Below, in pieces: positions 47,544-57,476 of a stretch of 64,000 bases of DNA; the stretch's first letter is position 1, and each line of letters begins with the position of its first letter. Location of the stretch: assembly GCA_052168235.1 (NCBI GenBank), contig JBQLZK010000016.1, positions 1 to 64,000 on the forward strand. Reading direction: 5' to 3'. Origin of the DNA: Thainema sp. Its GTDB lineage: Bacteria; Cyanobacteriota; Cyanobacteriia; Phormidesmidales; Phormidesmidaceae. The position numbers and the translations under genes are program-made. A model generated the notes under the pieces. The model searched no databases, was not told the origin of the DNA, and saw only the letters and a program-made list of their open reading frames with translations.

Positions 47544-48245
47544 ATGCAGCAAAATCTCAGAAAACTGGCCAGGTTGTGGATACATGAAGTGCATCCCCGA
47601 CTAATGTCCTTTGTGGCAACTGCTGGGTTTGTCTGGTTAGGGATTTGTTTGCTGCTTCTATTCGGATTGGCCAATCTGGCTGAGGAGGTACTGGAACAGG
47701 AAGCCTTTGCCTTCGACGAATCAGTTCTACTCTGGATCAACCAGTTTTCTAATCCTGTACTCGATCAGGTGATGTTAGCTGTAACCCGTCTGGGCGATCC
47801 TCATGTAGTTGTTCCGCTCACCTGTATCGGGTTTATCTGGTTTTGGTGGCAGTGGCGATGGCGAGTTGCCGTCATCTTTGCCGTCAACTGCTTGGGAGGA
47901 GCCGTATTGAGTAATGGGTTAAAGCTATTTTTTAGCAAACCCCGGCCTCAATTGTGGGCTCAGCTCATTACCGAAACCAGTTACAGCTTTCCCAGTGGCC
48001 ACGCCTTAGGGTCGATGGTTCTCTACGGGTTCTCTGCTTTTCTCCTGGCCCAGCACTTTGCGGAATACAAGCATTTGATTTATGGCCTAGCGGTTTTGCT
48101 GATTAGCAGCATTGGCTTCAGCCGTCTTTATCTAGGCGTTCATTGGCCAACCGATGTGCTGGCAGGCTACAGCGTAGGATTCCTCTGGATTAGCGCTTGC
48201 ATCAGTTTGTTTCAGTTAGCCACCCGGAGGTTAAGCCGCCAGTAG
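47544..48245 (+). CDS. PAP2-family membrane phosphatase
   Basis: K......RP, SFPSGH, SRLYLGVHWPTDV. Confidence 0.92.
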   Translation: MQQNLRKLARLWIHEVHPRLMSFVATAGFVWLGICLLLLFGLANLAEEVLEQEAFAFDESVLLWINQFSNPVLDQVMLAVTRLGDPHVVVPLTCIGFIWFWWQWRWRVAVIFAVNCLGGAVLSNGLKLFFSKPRPQLWAQLITETSYSFPSGHALGSMVLYGFSAFLLAQHFAEYKHLIYGLAVLLISSIGFSRLYLGVHWPTDVLAGYSVGFLWISACISLFQLATRRLSRQ

Positions 48246-48357
48246 GTGCCACCCTCACCCAACTAGCTGGTGTGATCTGAATTCGCAGTCGCGTTGTCAA
48301 CTAGCCGCCTGACTTCTATGTCCCATCTATTGCAAGCTTTCAAGCCTTGTTGTGACG

Positions 48358-48930
48358 ATGACAGAAAATAATTCTCATACGCTTTCTTCACCTCAATTTC
48401 AACCACTATCCGTTACTCCACCTGCTCAGTTTGAATCAGCCCTGGGCATTCGCACCTCGGCTCGATGGTTGGGCTTGTACTGGGAGCCACAGCTGAATCA
48501 GGTTTGCTATACGGATGGAGACACAGTCAGCACGGGCAACGCCCACGCTTGGCAACTGTTTTGTGCTCATCCCCAGATCCAGCCACTGCTAGCGCCTTAT
48601 CAGCTTGGCGATTATGACCATTCTGCTCAACATGCTTTGCTGCTCGATCGCCAGAATCACCGTTTTTACATTGGTGAGAGTGCTCTAGTTGAAGACTACT
48701 TGAAGCATCCAGAAACTCTAAACCTGTTGGCTCAGTTAGATGCACCTACAGATGCGCCTGTGGACTTGCCGTACAGGCTACGCGAAAGGCTCTGGAACTT
48801 CCGTTTACCCAATATCAAAAACCGATGGTTGCTGTTTCTAATTGGAGTTCCGGTTGTTGCGATCGCAGTTATCTTGCTCCACGAAGTCGGCGATTTTATC
48901 TTCGACCTGCTGGAATTTCTTGATGACTGA
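48358..48930 (+). CDS. Hypothetical protein with C-terminal TM helix
   Basis: Open 190-aa frame, HALLLDR, hydrophobic tail. Confidence 0.65.
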   Translation: MTENNSHTLSSPQFQPLSVTPPAQFESALGIRTSARWLGLYWEPQLNQVCYTDGDTVSTGNAHAWQLFCAHPQIQPLLAPYQLGDYDHSAQHALLLDRQNHRFYIGESALVEDYLKHPETLNLLAQLDAPTDAPVDLPYRLRERLWNFRLPNIKNRWLLFLIGVPVVAIAVILLHEVGDFIFDLLEFLDD

Positions 48931-48985
48931 TCGGATAAGACGACGGTTTAATTCGGTCATCTATGTTAAGTTAGGTACCGCTCGA

Positions 48986-49282
48986 TTAGGGTATTTGCCG
49001 CCAATATTGGGCCTCCTCCTCAATAAAGTAATCGACTAAATCCCGATAAAGCTTTTCAATCACATCGGCACTTAAACCTGCTTCTTCTGCCCAGGTGCGG
49101 CGCTGCTGGAGCATGGCTTGCACTCGTTCCGGTGCTTTCACATCTGTTTCGCTGGTCTTGAATTTTGATGCGGCTTTGACATAAGCAAATCGCTCACCGA
49201 TTAGCGCAATTACCTGACGGTCGATCTGATCGATTTCGGCGCGAATATCCGCCATATTTTGACAATCATCGGGGGGTTTCAT
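48986..49282 (-). CDS. pchB: Isochorismate-pyruvate lyase / AroQ-fold protein (PchB-like)
   Basis: MKPPDDC..MADIRAEIDQID...RFAYVKAASKFK...APERV..ML..RRTWAEE.GL. Confidence 0.8.
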   Translation of the reverse strand: MKPPDDCQNMADIRAEIDQIDRQVIALIGERFAYVKAASKFKTSETDVKAPERVQAMLQQRRTWAEEAGLSADVIEKLYRDLVDYFIEEEAQYWRQIP

Positions 49283-49344
49283 AGTTTTATAGAAATAGAT
49301 GAGATCGCAGATTTAGCCCGTTTATTGTACTCAATCTAATCACG

Positions 49345-49377
49345 TTAAGAGCGGCACGCACTGCGCACCGCTCTTAA
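49345..49377 (-). terminator. Imperfect hairpin downstream of the ferritin-like gene
   Basis: TTAAGAGCGG...CCGCTCTTAA with GC-ACT-GC apex. Confidence 0.5.
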
Positions 49378-49411
49378 GTGTTGTTATGAAATCAGTTAGT
49401 TACAAAATGCG

Positions 49412-49966
49412 TTAGCTGATTGCACTGCCGACCGCGCCTTTCACAGCTGCGATCGCTTGTTCCAGGCTACCGATCAGACCCATATCGGGTTCTTTGCCTG
49501 CCATTTCACGAGTACCGACGAAGTATAGAACGCCTTTGAGTACCTCTTGGTGAGCGCGGTTTTCAAAGTTGACTTTGTTCAGCGGCTCCATTGCGTCCTG
49601 AAGATCGTCGTTGAGCGACTGAGCGACCTTGTGGATCACCAAACCGTTCATGGTTTGCTGGTGCTTCAGCAGTTCGAGCTGGAAGAACTTGTCATATTCC
49701 GTCAGCTCGGAACCGTTAACCATCTGGCCTACTTTTTCCGCGTGCTTTTGGGTAATGTCGCGCGGCTGGGCATTGGTGCCGGACTTGGAAATAGCCTGGT
49801 CAATCACGCTCAGATTGTCGCGATCGCTGTCGAGCATGTTGGACAGTCGCTTCCGAATCGTCTCGTCATCGGTTGCCGCCATCAGCTTTTGTTCCATGTC
49901 GATTAGGACGTTTTGAAACAGCTTCAGGTCAGCCAGCTTCGTTGCTAAAGTTGTCATGTCAGCCAT
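49412..49966 (-). CDS. Ferritin-like helical protein resembling the N-terminal domain of cyanobacterial hemerythrin/DNA-nickase proteins
   Basis: KLADLK, ELLKHQQTMNGLVIHK.AQ, NFENRAHQE.LKG. Confidence 0.7.
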   Translation of the reverse strand: MADMTTLATKLADLKLFQNVLIDMEQKLMAATDDETIRKRLSNMLDSDRDNLSVIDQAISKSGTNAQPRDITQKHAEKVGQMVNGSELTEYDKFFQLELLKHQQTMNGLVIHKVAQSLNDDLQDAMEPLNKVNFENRAHQEVLKGVLYFVGTREMAGKEPDMGLIGSLEQAIAAVKGAVGSAIS

Positions 49967-50316
49967 ATTGATTGATATCTCCTATCTAAATCTGAAAATT
50001 GAAGCAGTCACGTCTAGGCCATGATTGGTGTAGCGCGGGTAAAACCCTGTATGCCAAACCCTGACCGTTGAGGACTACCAAAATTTGGTTTTTATGCGAT
50101 CGCACATCTTTCATAGTTACGTGAGACGCTGATTGTCTCCTCCCTCATCAGTTGATCGTCTCCTCCTTCGCCAGAAAGATTCATCCAGCGAGATTAAAGC
50201 TTGAGACCAAATCCCGCAGAATAATTAAGTAACCCATACGACATGACATTCAGCGCTACAAAGCCAGTAAGGTGGTTTGATGTAGCCTCTTCTGAGTTAG
50301 ATAAAGGTTTAAAGCA

Positions 50317-52287
50317 ATGACACAACCGGCGATTGAGTCGATTCTGCACGAGAAACGTTTATTTAATCCTGCCGCTGACTTTTCCCAGCAGGCGCATATC
50401 AAGAGTTTGGCTGAATACGAACAGCTTTATGAGCAGGCCAAGGCTGACCCAGCGGCGTTTTGGGCCAAGCTAGCCGAAGAAGAACTGGACTGGTTCCAAA
50501 AGTGGGACACGGTCATGGACTGGCAGCCCCCCTTCGTCAAGTGGTTTGTCGGCGGTAAACTCAACATTTCCCACAACTGCCTGGATCGCCACCTCACGAC
50601 CTGGCGACGCAACAAAGCCGCGCTGATTTGGGAAGGCGAACCGGGCGACACCCGCACCTACACCTACGCGCAACTGCACTATGAAGTGTGCCAGATGGCG
50701 AATGTACTCAAAGGTCTGGGCGTCGGCAAAGGCGATGTGGTGGGCATCTACATGCCGATGATTCCGGAAGCTGCGATCGCAATGTTGGCCTGCGCTCGGA
50801 TTGGCGCACCCCATACGGTTGTGTTTGGTGGCTTCAGTGCTGAGGCGCTGCGCGATCGGCTGGTGGACGGCAAGGCTAAGCTGGTGATCACCGCTGACGG
50901 TGGCTTCCGCAAAGATAAAGAGGTGCCGCTGAAAATTCAGGTAGATCGGGCGCTGGCTGACAATGCTGCACCGACGGTGGAAAACGTGCTGGTGGTGCAG
51001 CGCACCAAGCAAGACGTGGAAATGCAGCCGGGCCGCGATCACTGGTGGCATGAACTCCAAGCTGACGCGTCGGCAGACTGTCCGGCTGAACCGATGGACA
51101 GCGAAGATACGCTGTTTATCCTTTACACCTCCGGCAGCACGGGCAAACCAAAAGGCGTCGTTCACACCACGGGCGGCTACAACCTATACACCCACATGAC
51201 CACCAAGTGGATCTTCGACCTGAAAGATACCGATGTCTACTGGTGTACGGCAGACGTGGGCTGGATTACCGGACACAGCTACATTGTCTACGGCCCCCTG
51301 TCCAACGGTGCCACCAGCATCATGTACGAGGGCGCGCCCCGCCCCTCTAATCCGGGCTGTATGTGGGATATCGTCGAGAAATACGGCGTCAACATTTTCT
51401 ACACCGCACCAACGGCGATTCGGGCCTTCATCAAGATGGGCGATCACCTACCCAATGCGCGCGATTTGTCTTCGCTGCGGGTACTCGGCACCGTGGGTGA
51501 ACCGATTAACCCCGAAGCCTGGGTGTGGTACCACAAGGTAATCGGTAAAGAGCGCTGCCCCATCGTCGATACCTGGTGGCAAACGGAAACGGGCGGCATC
51601 ATGATTTCGTCGCTACCGGGCGCAATTCCCACCAAACCGGGTTCCGCCACCAAGCCCTTCCCCGGCATCTTGGCCGACATTGTTGACCTGGAAGGCAATT
51701 CGGTGGAGGGCGATCAAGGGGGGTATTTGGTGGTGCGTCATCCCTGGCCCAGCATGTTACGCACCGTCTACGGCGATCCGGATCGGTATCGTCGCACCTA
51801 CTGGGAGCACATTCCGCCCAAAGACGGTCAGTACCTCTACTTTGCGGGCGACGGCGCACGACGCGACGAGGACGGCTACTTCTGGGTGATGGGTCGCGTA
51901 GACGACGTGATTAATGTTTCCGGCCACCGTCTCGGCACAATGGAAATTGAGTCGGCGCTGGTGTCTCATCCAGCAGTGGCCGAAGCCGCAGTCGTGGGTA
52001 AACCCGATGAGGTGAAAGGCAGCGAGATCGTCGCCTTTATTACGCTGGAAGGTGACCAAGAACCCACGGATGCGCTGATTGCTGAGCTGAAGCAGCATGT
52101 GGTCGGTGAAATTGGTGCGATCGCACGTCCAGGTGATATTCGCTTTGCCGATGCACTGCCCAAAACCCGCTCCGGCAAAATCATGCGGCGCTTGCTGCGG
52201 ACAATTGCCTCTGGCGAAGAGATCGCAGGCGATACGTCAACGCTAGAGGATCGGTCGGTGTTGGACAAGTTGCGGCAAGGAGCGTAG
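50317..52287 (+). CDS. acs: Acetyl-CoA synthetase
   Basis: [37 protein letters not shown]. Confidence 0.97.
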   Translation: MTQPAIESILHEKRLFNPAADFSQQAHIKSLAEYEQLYEQAKADPAAFWAKLAEEELDWFQKWDTVMDWQPPFVKWFVGGKLNISHNCLDRHLTTWRRNKAALIWEGEPGDTRTYTYAQLHYEVCQMANVLKGLGVGKGDVVGIYMPMIPEAAIAMLACARIGAPHTVVFGGFSAEALRDRLVDGKAKLVITADGGFRKDKEVPLKIQVDRALADNAAPTVENVLVVQRTKQDVEMQPGRDHWWHELQADASADCPAEPMDSEDTLFILYTSGSTGKPKGVVHTTGGYNLYTHMTTKWIFDLKDTDVYWCTADVGWITGHSYIVYGPLSNGATSIMYEGAPRPSNPGCMWDIVEKYGVNIFYTAPTAIRAFIKMGDHLPNARDLSSLRVLGTVGEPINPEAWVWYHKVIGKERCPIVDTWWQTETGGIMISSLPGAIPTKPGSATKPFPGILADIVDLEGNSVEGDQGGYLVVRHPWPSMLRTVYGDPDRYRRTYWEHIPPKDGQYLYFAGDGARRDEDGYFWVMGRVDDVINVSGHRLGTMEIESALVSHPAVAEAAVVGKPDEVKGSEIVAFITLEGDQEPTDALIAELKQHVVGEIGAIARPGDIRFADALPKTRSGKIMRRLLRTIASGEEIAGDTSTLEDRSVLDKLRQGA

Positions 52288-52292
52288 GTGAT

Positions 52293-52340
52293 AAATAGCG
52301 CATTGGTCGCAGGTTACAGCCTGCGACCAATGCGCTATTT
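52293..52340. terminator. 21-bp perfect inverted repeat between convergent acs and recJ
   Basis: AAATAGCGCATTGGTCGCAGG-TTACAG-reverse complement. Confidence 0.8.
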
Positions 52341-52343
52341 GAG

Positions 52344-55300
52344 TTAAACCCCGTAAATCTCATTAAAAATTCCCTGCTGTTGCGTTGCACCCATGACTAG
52401 CGATCGCAACAATTCGAACTGCCACGCATAGAGAAAGCTTTCGGCGTGAGCGGCGGTGTTGCGCAGTTTGCTGATTTGGTCAATGTGGGAAGCAGCGAGG
52501 GCTTCTTTTTGCTGGAGCCAGGTTGCGATCGGGTGTTGCCAGTCGGCGATGAACTGCTGAATGAGTTGGTGATCGGCCCGGTTGACGCCAGCGGCTGAAA
52601 CGGAGCAGTACAGTTTATCTTGAGGAATTTGGCTGCGGTGCTTAAGGCTTTCGTCACGCAGGGACTGCCATTCTGCGGCCAGGAGCGGCGGCAGCATCCC
52701 CAGGGTATATTTTTTCTTGGGGCTGAGCCGCAGACCGCCGATTTCGGTGCCGCCGTTGACTAGCAGGAAGTCCTGTAAATCGCGGAAGAACGGCTGCACA
52801 ATTTCCCGTTCCACGGCAAAGCCGAGCCGCAGACCCGCTTCCGAGTAATCGGCTAGCTGCGAAGTGAAGCCCTCGGTGTGAATCATCATGTAGTTTTTGT
52901 GGGCCGCGCAGAGATCGCGCTGGCTGCGGTTGTGGAGCTGCCGCCAAATGGCATCTCCAAGCTGCTCTTTCACGTTGCGGCGGATTTCGCGCGGGTCAAG
53001 GTTGGCTCCACTCTGCTCTAGCTGGGTTTGCAGCTCAGCAATATGGGCTTCATGACTGCGAATAGCGCTTTCCTGCATATGCAACTCACTTTGCAGGTTG
53101 CGGAACCGCTGCTGCTGAGCGGTCGAAAGCTGGTTGATTTTTTCCTCCAGCAGGGCGAGCTGCTGTTGCAGCATATTTACCTGCTTATCTTTTTCGCTGA
53201 CTAGCTGGTCTTTTTCCAGCAGGATCTGCGTTTTCTGGCGGAGCTGGAGGGCATCCAGCGCGGCCCGAATCAGGTTGAAGTAGTGGGGATGGGAAACATC
53301 GACTTCTTTGGCTTCCTCACGTCGCTTGCCCAGTAGTCCCCGGCGCTGCTGGAGCTGGATGGCGAGTACCTGACCTTCCGGATTGCGGATGCGCAGCTCT
53401 TTCGAAGCCGGATTACTGGGGTCAACCTGCGACAGGCTGCACTCGTAGTGGCGCTTGTTGTAGTAGAAATCAACCCGCGTCCAGAGCGACTTGCCGTTCT
53501 CGTCTATGCCGAGATCGGTCAACTCACTGGAATCCAGACCGTCTGAAGACTCGTCGGCATGAATCGTCGGCAACGAGATTTGCAGCGGCTTACTGCCGTT
53601 CTTGGCTGAGCTTTTACCCTTGGTTTTCTTTACTGTAGAAGTCGCCTTCGAACCGCTGGTTGGCGCTTGCGGCAACCGGACGCCGACCAGTTCCAGCTCC
53701 ACCGACTGTCGGCCCTGCCATTCATTCAGCTTTAGCTTATAGGCGATATCTAACTGCGTTGGCAGCGGACAATATTCACCCCAGCGCCATGCGATCGCTT
53801 TTATTGAGACTGGCTCAGCGCCTCGCTCATTGGCCTGCGCCACGGTGACTTTCAGGTGATCGCGGCTGCGGCCAATTTGCTGCTGCTCAATGATCCGCAC
53901 ATTCGGCGTCCAAAAAATCGGCTCGGCATTTTCGATGCCGCAGGGATGAAGCTGGTCAATTTGCTGATACAAATCCAGCGTCAAATCGGCCAAATCCGCC
54001 TGCACATCAATATTCACCAGCGGCTTCAGCAGCTCTGGCTCCAGATACTGATGGGCAAACTTGATCAAGCGCGATCGCACTGCCTCCAGTTGGTCAGCCG
54101 CAAAGGTAAATCCGCCCGCCGCTCGGTGGCCGCCGTACTTGGTCATCAGGTCATCGCAGAAGTTCAGCGCTTCATAGACGTTGAATTCTGGAATGCCCCG
54201 TGCTGAACCGCGAATCTGGGCGGGTTCACCCTCCTCGCCATCTTCAAACGTGCTGATGAACACGGGTACGCCATAGCGCTCCACTAATCGCGAGGCGACG
54301 ATACCGATCACGCCATGATGCCAGCCTTCGTGAACCAGCAGCAGCACCCGATTTTGCTTAATTTGATCTCTGGCCGCTTCGCAAAGTGCGATCGCATCTT
54401 GCTCAATTTGTTCGCAAAGGATCTGACGCTGGCGGTTAATCTGTTCACACTGCATGGCCCGCTCTAGCGCCACCCCTTCGTCATCGGTAGTGAGTAGGTC
54501 GATGACCACCTGCGGATCGGCGATTCGACCAACCGCATTGATGCGGGGGCCAAGCCGAAAACCAATCGCTTCCGGCTTCAAGCTGCCCTGGGCACCACCC
54601 AGGCCAGAAACTTGAATCAGCGCTTGAATCCCCGTGATGCGCGACTTGGGCAGCAGACGCAACCCCCGCTGCACCCAGCGGCGATTCACCCCGGTCAGCG
54701 GGGCTAGATCAGCAATCGTGCCCAGCGTAAACAATTCCAGTAGCGGCGCAGTCAGGTCTGTCGTCTTGCCCATTTCCTGTGCCAGACAGACGGCCAGGAT
54801 GTAAGCGACACCCACACCCGCCACGCCCCAGTAGGGCGACTCTGGATCAATCAGCTTAGGATTCAAAACCGCATTAGCTGGAGGAATTTCCGGCGGCACA
54901 TCGTGGTGATCGGTGATGATTACGTTCAGACCCAGCTCACGCGCCCGCGCAATCGGCTGGTAGGCGGCAATGCCGTTGTCCACCGTTAGAATCAGCCGTA
55001 CCCCTTCCGCGTGAAATTCCTCCACGATTCGCTCATTGATGCCGTAGCCTTCGGCCATGCGGCTGGGGATGGCGTAATCAACATTGGCACCCAGATACCG
55101 CAGCGCTCGGAGCAGAAGGGCCGTACTGGTCATACCGTCTGCATCGTAGTCGCCGCAGATGGCAATTTTCTCCTGATTTGCGATCGCAGTTTGCAAAAGC
55201 TCTAAACTCACCACCAGATCCGGAAACTCCTCCAGCGGCGACGGCAGCAGTTGCTTATCCGGATGCAAAAATTCATCGACCGCTTCCCGCGTGGTAAAGC

Positions 55301-55436
55301 CCCGATTCAGCAACACCTGAGCCAGCAGCGGCGACAACAGGGCATTTTGCCCCAGCAGATTGGCCTGAGCCAACTGAGGCGGATGAATATGCCAGCGCTG
55401 ATCGGGCAGCCGCACCGTTTGCTGGGTTGAAGTCAT
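52344..55436 (-). CDS. recJ: ssDNA exonuclease RecJ with long C-terminal extension (coiled coil and HEPN-like domain)
   Basis: GDYDADG, TVDNG, TDHH, LGTIAD, PRINAVGR, GGHRAAGG, OB fold; then ~440 extra aa ending LRNTAAH; start set to ATG 55436. Confidence 0.95.
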   Translation of the reverse strand: MTSTQQTVRLPDQRWHIHPPQLAQANLLGQNALLSPLLAQVLLNRGFTTREAVDEFLHPDKQLLPSPLEEFPDLVVSLELLQTAIANQEKIAICGDYDADGMTSTALLLRALRYLGANVDYAIPSRMAEGYGINERIVEEFHAEGVRLILTVDNGIAAYQPIARARELGLNVIITDHHDVPPEIPPANAVLNPKLIDPESPYWGVAGVGVAYILAVCLAQEMGKTTDLTAPLLELFTLGTIADLAPLTGVNRRWVQRGLRLLPKSRITGIQALIQVSGLGGAQGSLKPEAIGFRLGPRINAVGRIADPQVVIDLLTTDDEGVALERAMQCEQINRQRQILCEQIEQDAIALCEAARDQIKQNRVLLLVHEGWHHGVIGIVASRLVERYGVPVFISTFEDGEEGEPAQIRGSARGIPEFNVYEALNFCDDLMTKYGGHRAAGGFTFAADQLEAVRSRLIKFAHQYLEPELLKPLVNIDVQADLADLTLDLYQQIDQLHPCGIENAEPIFWTPNVRIIEQQQIGRSRDHLKVTVAQANERGAEPVSIKAIAWRWGEYCPLPTQLDIAYKLKLNEWQGRQSVELELVGVRLPQAPTSGSKATSTVKKTKGKSSAKNGSKPLQISLPTIHADESSDGLDSSELTDLGIDENGKSLWTRVDFYYNKRHYECSLSQVDPSNPASKELRIRNPEGQVLAIQLQQRRGLLGKRREEAKEVDVSHPHYFNLIRAALDALQLRQKTQILLEKDQLVSEKDKQVNMLQQQLALLEEKINQLSTAQQQRFRNLQSELHMQESAIRSHEAHIAELQTQLEQSGANLDPREIRRNVKEQLGDAIWRQLHNRSQRDLCAAHKNYMMIHTEGFTSQLADYSEAGLRLGFAVEREIVQPFFRDLQDFLLVNGGTEIGGLRLSPKKKYTLGMLPPLLAAEWQSLRDESLKHRSQIPQDKLYCSVSAAGVNRADHQLIQQFIADWQHPIATWLQQKEALAASHIDQISKLRNTAAHAESFLYAWQFELLRSLVMGATQQQGIFNEIYGV

Positions 55437-55500
55437 GTCGAGCTTGTCAATCGAACCTACCAATTGTCTGATCCGCTGTGTGATCCGTTGTGTGATTTGT

Positions 55501-55604
55501 TAAGTAGCTGCACATGAGTAAATGCATATCTGAAAAACCGGGGGAGCGCCCCGGAGGGGCGCTCCCCCGGTTTTTAAATGCGTTTATTTATGCCAACCTA
55601 CTTA
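55501..55604 (+). mobile_element. MITE-like element family D, copy 2 (perfect 20-bp hairpin 55533-55575)
   Basis: TAAGTAG...CTACTTA; AAAAACCGGGGGAGCGCCCC-GGA-reverse complement. Confidence 0.8.
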
Positions 55605-55641
55605 CTGAGTAAGTTGTTATGTGCCAAACAATATCTGTAAA

Positions 55642-55655
55642 GTACAAAACATTAC
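55642..55655. promoter_or_regulatory. Consensus NtcA box in the recJ/nupC divergent region
   Basis: GTA-CAAAACAT-TAC; TATCTT 24 nt downstream on the + strand. Confidence 0.5.
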
Positions 55656-55910
55656 AAGCCTAAAGTACAAACTTACTTTTATCTTCTCAGTAAAAGTTGT
55701 CCGATTGTACCGAAATCCCTGATTGCGATCGCAACTTGCAACACATGATCACGATTCCACCTTCTCTATCCATCTAAAGACGTATCAAAGTTTTAAAACC
55801 TGGTTGCAGTTTGAAAGTCTCAGATTATTGTGGGACTGCGGATCTGAATTTTGCAACAACTTAGCGGACTTGGGATCAGCGCAATCTAACCTCAAAAACG
55901 ATAGGTTTTT

Positions 55911-57323
55911 ATGCTAAACGCCCTTTCCTTTATTGGCATTTTTGGCCTTTGCTTTGTGGCTTGGCTAGGGTCAGAAGATCGACGTGTCGTCCCCTGGCGG
56001 ATGATTGCCTGGGGAGTAGGGCTACAGCTTGTGATTGGCGCGTTAGTCTTTCGCATTCCCGGCTCACGAGACATTGTGCTGTATCTGAATGATCTGCTGA
56101 ATGCAGTCATTGATGCATCGGAGGCCGGATCGCGATTTCTGTTTTCTGATCTGTTTGTCCCCGTACCCGGTAATGCGCCGGGGCCAGTTTTGGCCGGGCG
56201 CTGGATTGCGCGTGCCATTACGCCTGCCTACGTCCCCGTGCCTGGCGATCGGCTCGGAGCCGCAAATTTGAATATGGGCTACATTGTGGCCTTTCGGCTC
56301 CTGCCCCAAATTATCTTTTTCTCGGCAGTGATTAGCTTGCTGTATCGGCTACACATCATTCAGCCGATTGTGCGGGTGTTTGCCAAGCTGTTTCGCGGCA
56401 CACTGAGGATTAGCGGGGCTGAATCGATGGCGGGTGCCGCCAATATTTTTGTCGGGATTGAATCTGCGATCGCAATTAAGCCCTTCTTGGCTGATATGAC
56501 CCGCAGTGAACTGTGTGCGATCCTCACCTCCTGCTTTGGCTCGATTGCCTCTACCGTATTGGCGCTCTACGCTGGTTTTTTGCGACCGACATTTCCAGCC
56601 ATCACCGGACACTTGATGTCGGCATCGATTTTGACCATTCCGGCCTGCTTTGTAATCTCCAAAATTCTCGTTCCCGAAAAGGATTTGCCCAAAACGCTGG
56701 GCAGTATTCCTGAAGAAATTGATGACGAAGTTGATCGGCCCAGCCCAATGGATAGTCTGATTCTGGGCGCATTGGACGGCGTCAAGATGGCGGTGGGCAT
56801 TGCCGCTGTGCTGATTGCAATTTTGGGTTTGGTGGCACTCGTCAACATGCTGTTTGATAGCTTGGCCAACTTATCAAGTAGCCCCGTTGGTGTCTTTCAA
56901 GCCATTGGCCAATTCTTCAGCCTCATTACAATTGAAAATATTCTCGGTGCAATTTTCTTACCGCTGACGTTCCTGACGGGCGTCTCGCTGGAGTGGCAAG
57001 AGCTTTGGACGTCCTCTGTTTTGATTGGACAGCGATTGTTACTCACGGCGATCCCGCCATATCAACGGCTGGCTGAGCTATCAGCGGCTGATGCAATTAG
57101 CGATCGCGCTATGCTCGTCGTCAGCTACGTGCTCTGTGGATTCGCTCACATTGCCTCGGTGGGCATCTTTGCTGGCGGCTTAGCGGGTCTGGTTCCCTCT
57201 CGCCGCAAGGACATTAGCCAGATTGTCTGGAAAGCACTGTGGGCTGGTACACTAGCCACCTTAATGACAGGCTGCATTGCGGGTATCTACTTCTACGAAG
57301 GTGCAGCAGTCCTCGGACAATAA
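55911..57323 (+). CDS. nupC: Concentrative nucleoside transporter (CNT/NupC family)
   Basis: LPQIIFFSAVISLLY, GAESMAGAANIFVG, MTRSEL, SYVLCGFAH, GTLATLMTGCIAG. Confidence 0.9.
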   Translation: MLNALSFIGIFGLCFVAWLGSEDRRVVPWRMIAWGVGLQLVIGALVFRIPGSRDIVLYLNDLLNAVIDASEAGSRFLFSDLFVPVPGNAPGPVLAGRWIARAITPAYVPVPGDRLGAANLNMGYIVAFRLLPQIIFFSAVISLLYRLHIIQPIVRVFAKLFRGTLRISGAESMAGAANIFVGIESAIAIKPFLADMTRSELCAILTSCFGSIASTVLALYAGFLRPTFPAITGHLMSASILTIPACFVISKILVPEKDLPKTLGSIPEEIDDEVDRPSPMDSLILGALDGVKMAVGIAAVLIAILGLVALVNMLFDSLANLSSSPVGVFQAIGQFFSLITIENILGAIFLPLTFLTGVSLEWQELWTSSVLIGQRLLLTAIPPYQRLAELSAADAISDRAMLVVSYVLCGFAHIASVGIFAGGLAGLVPSRRKDISQIVWKALWAGTLATLMTGCIAGIYFYEGAAVLGQ

Positions 57324-57337
57324 TTATGAATTGCTGC

Positions 57338-57379
57338 AAAGAATGGGGCGGGTAGCCGAAGCTACCCACCCCATTCTTT
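57338..57379. terminator. Hairpin after nupC (bidirectional candidate)
   Basis: AAAGAATGGGGCGGGTAGC-CGAA-GCTACCCACCCCATTCTTT, one mismatch. Confidence 0.75.
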
Positions 57380-57476
57380 TGATCTAAATATGATGGAGCA
57401 TCTGCGGATGCAAACGTTTCAAAAAATAATTGTGTTCTTATACGTAGACTGGGATCAACCAGTGTGTACTACGTTC

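Noticed and set aside
50427..52268. Long antisense ORFs within acs (likewise glgP, avtA, lysC)
   Set aside because: Expected from codon bias of conserved genes; no motifs or RBS
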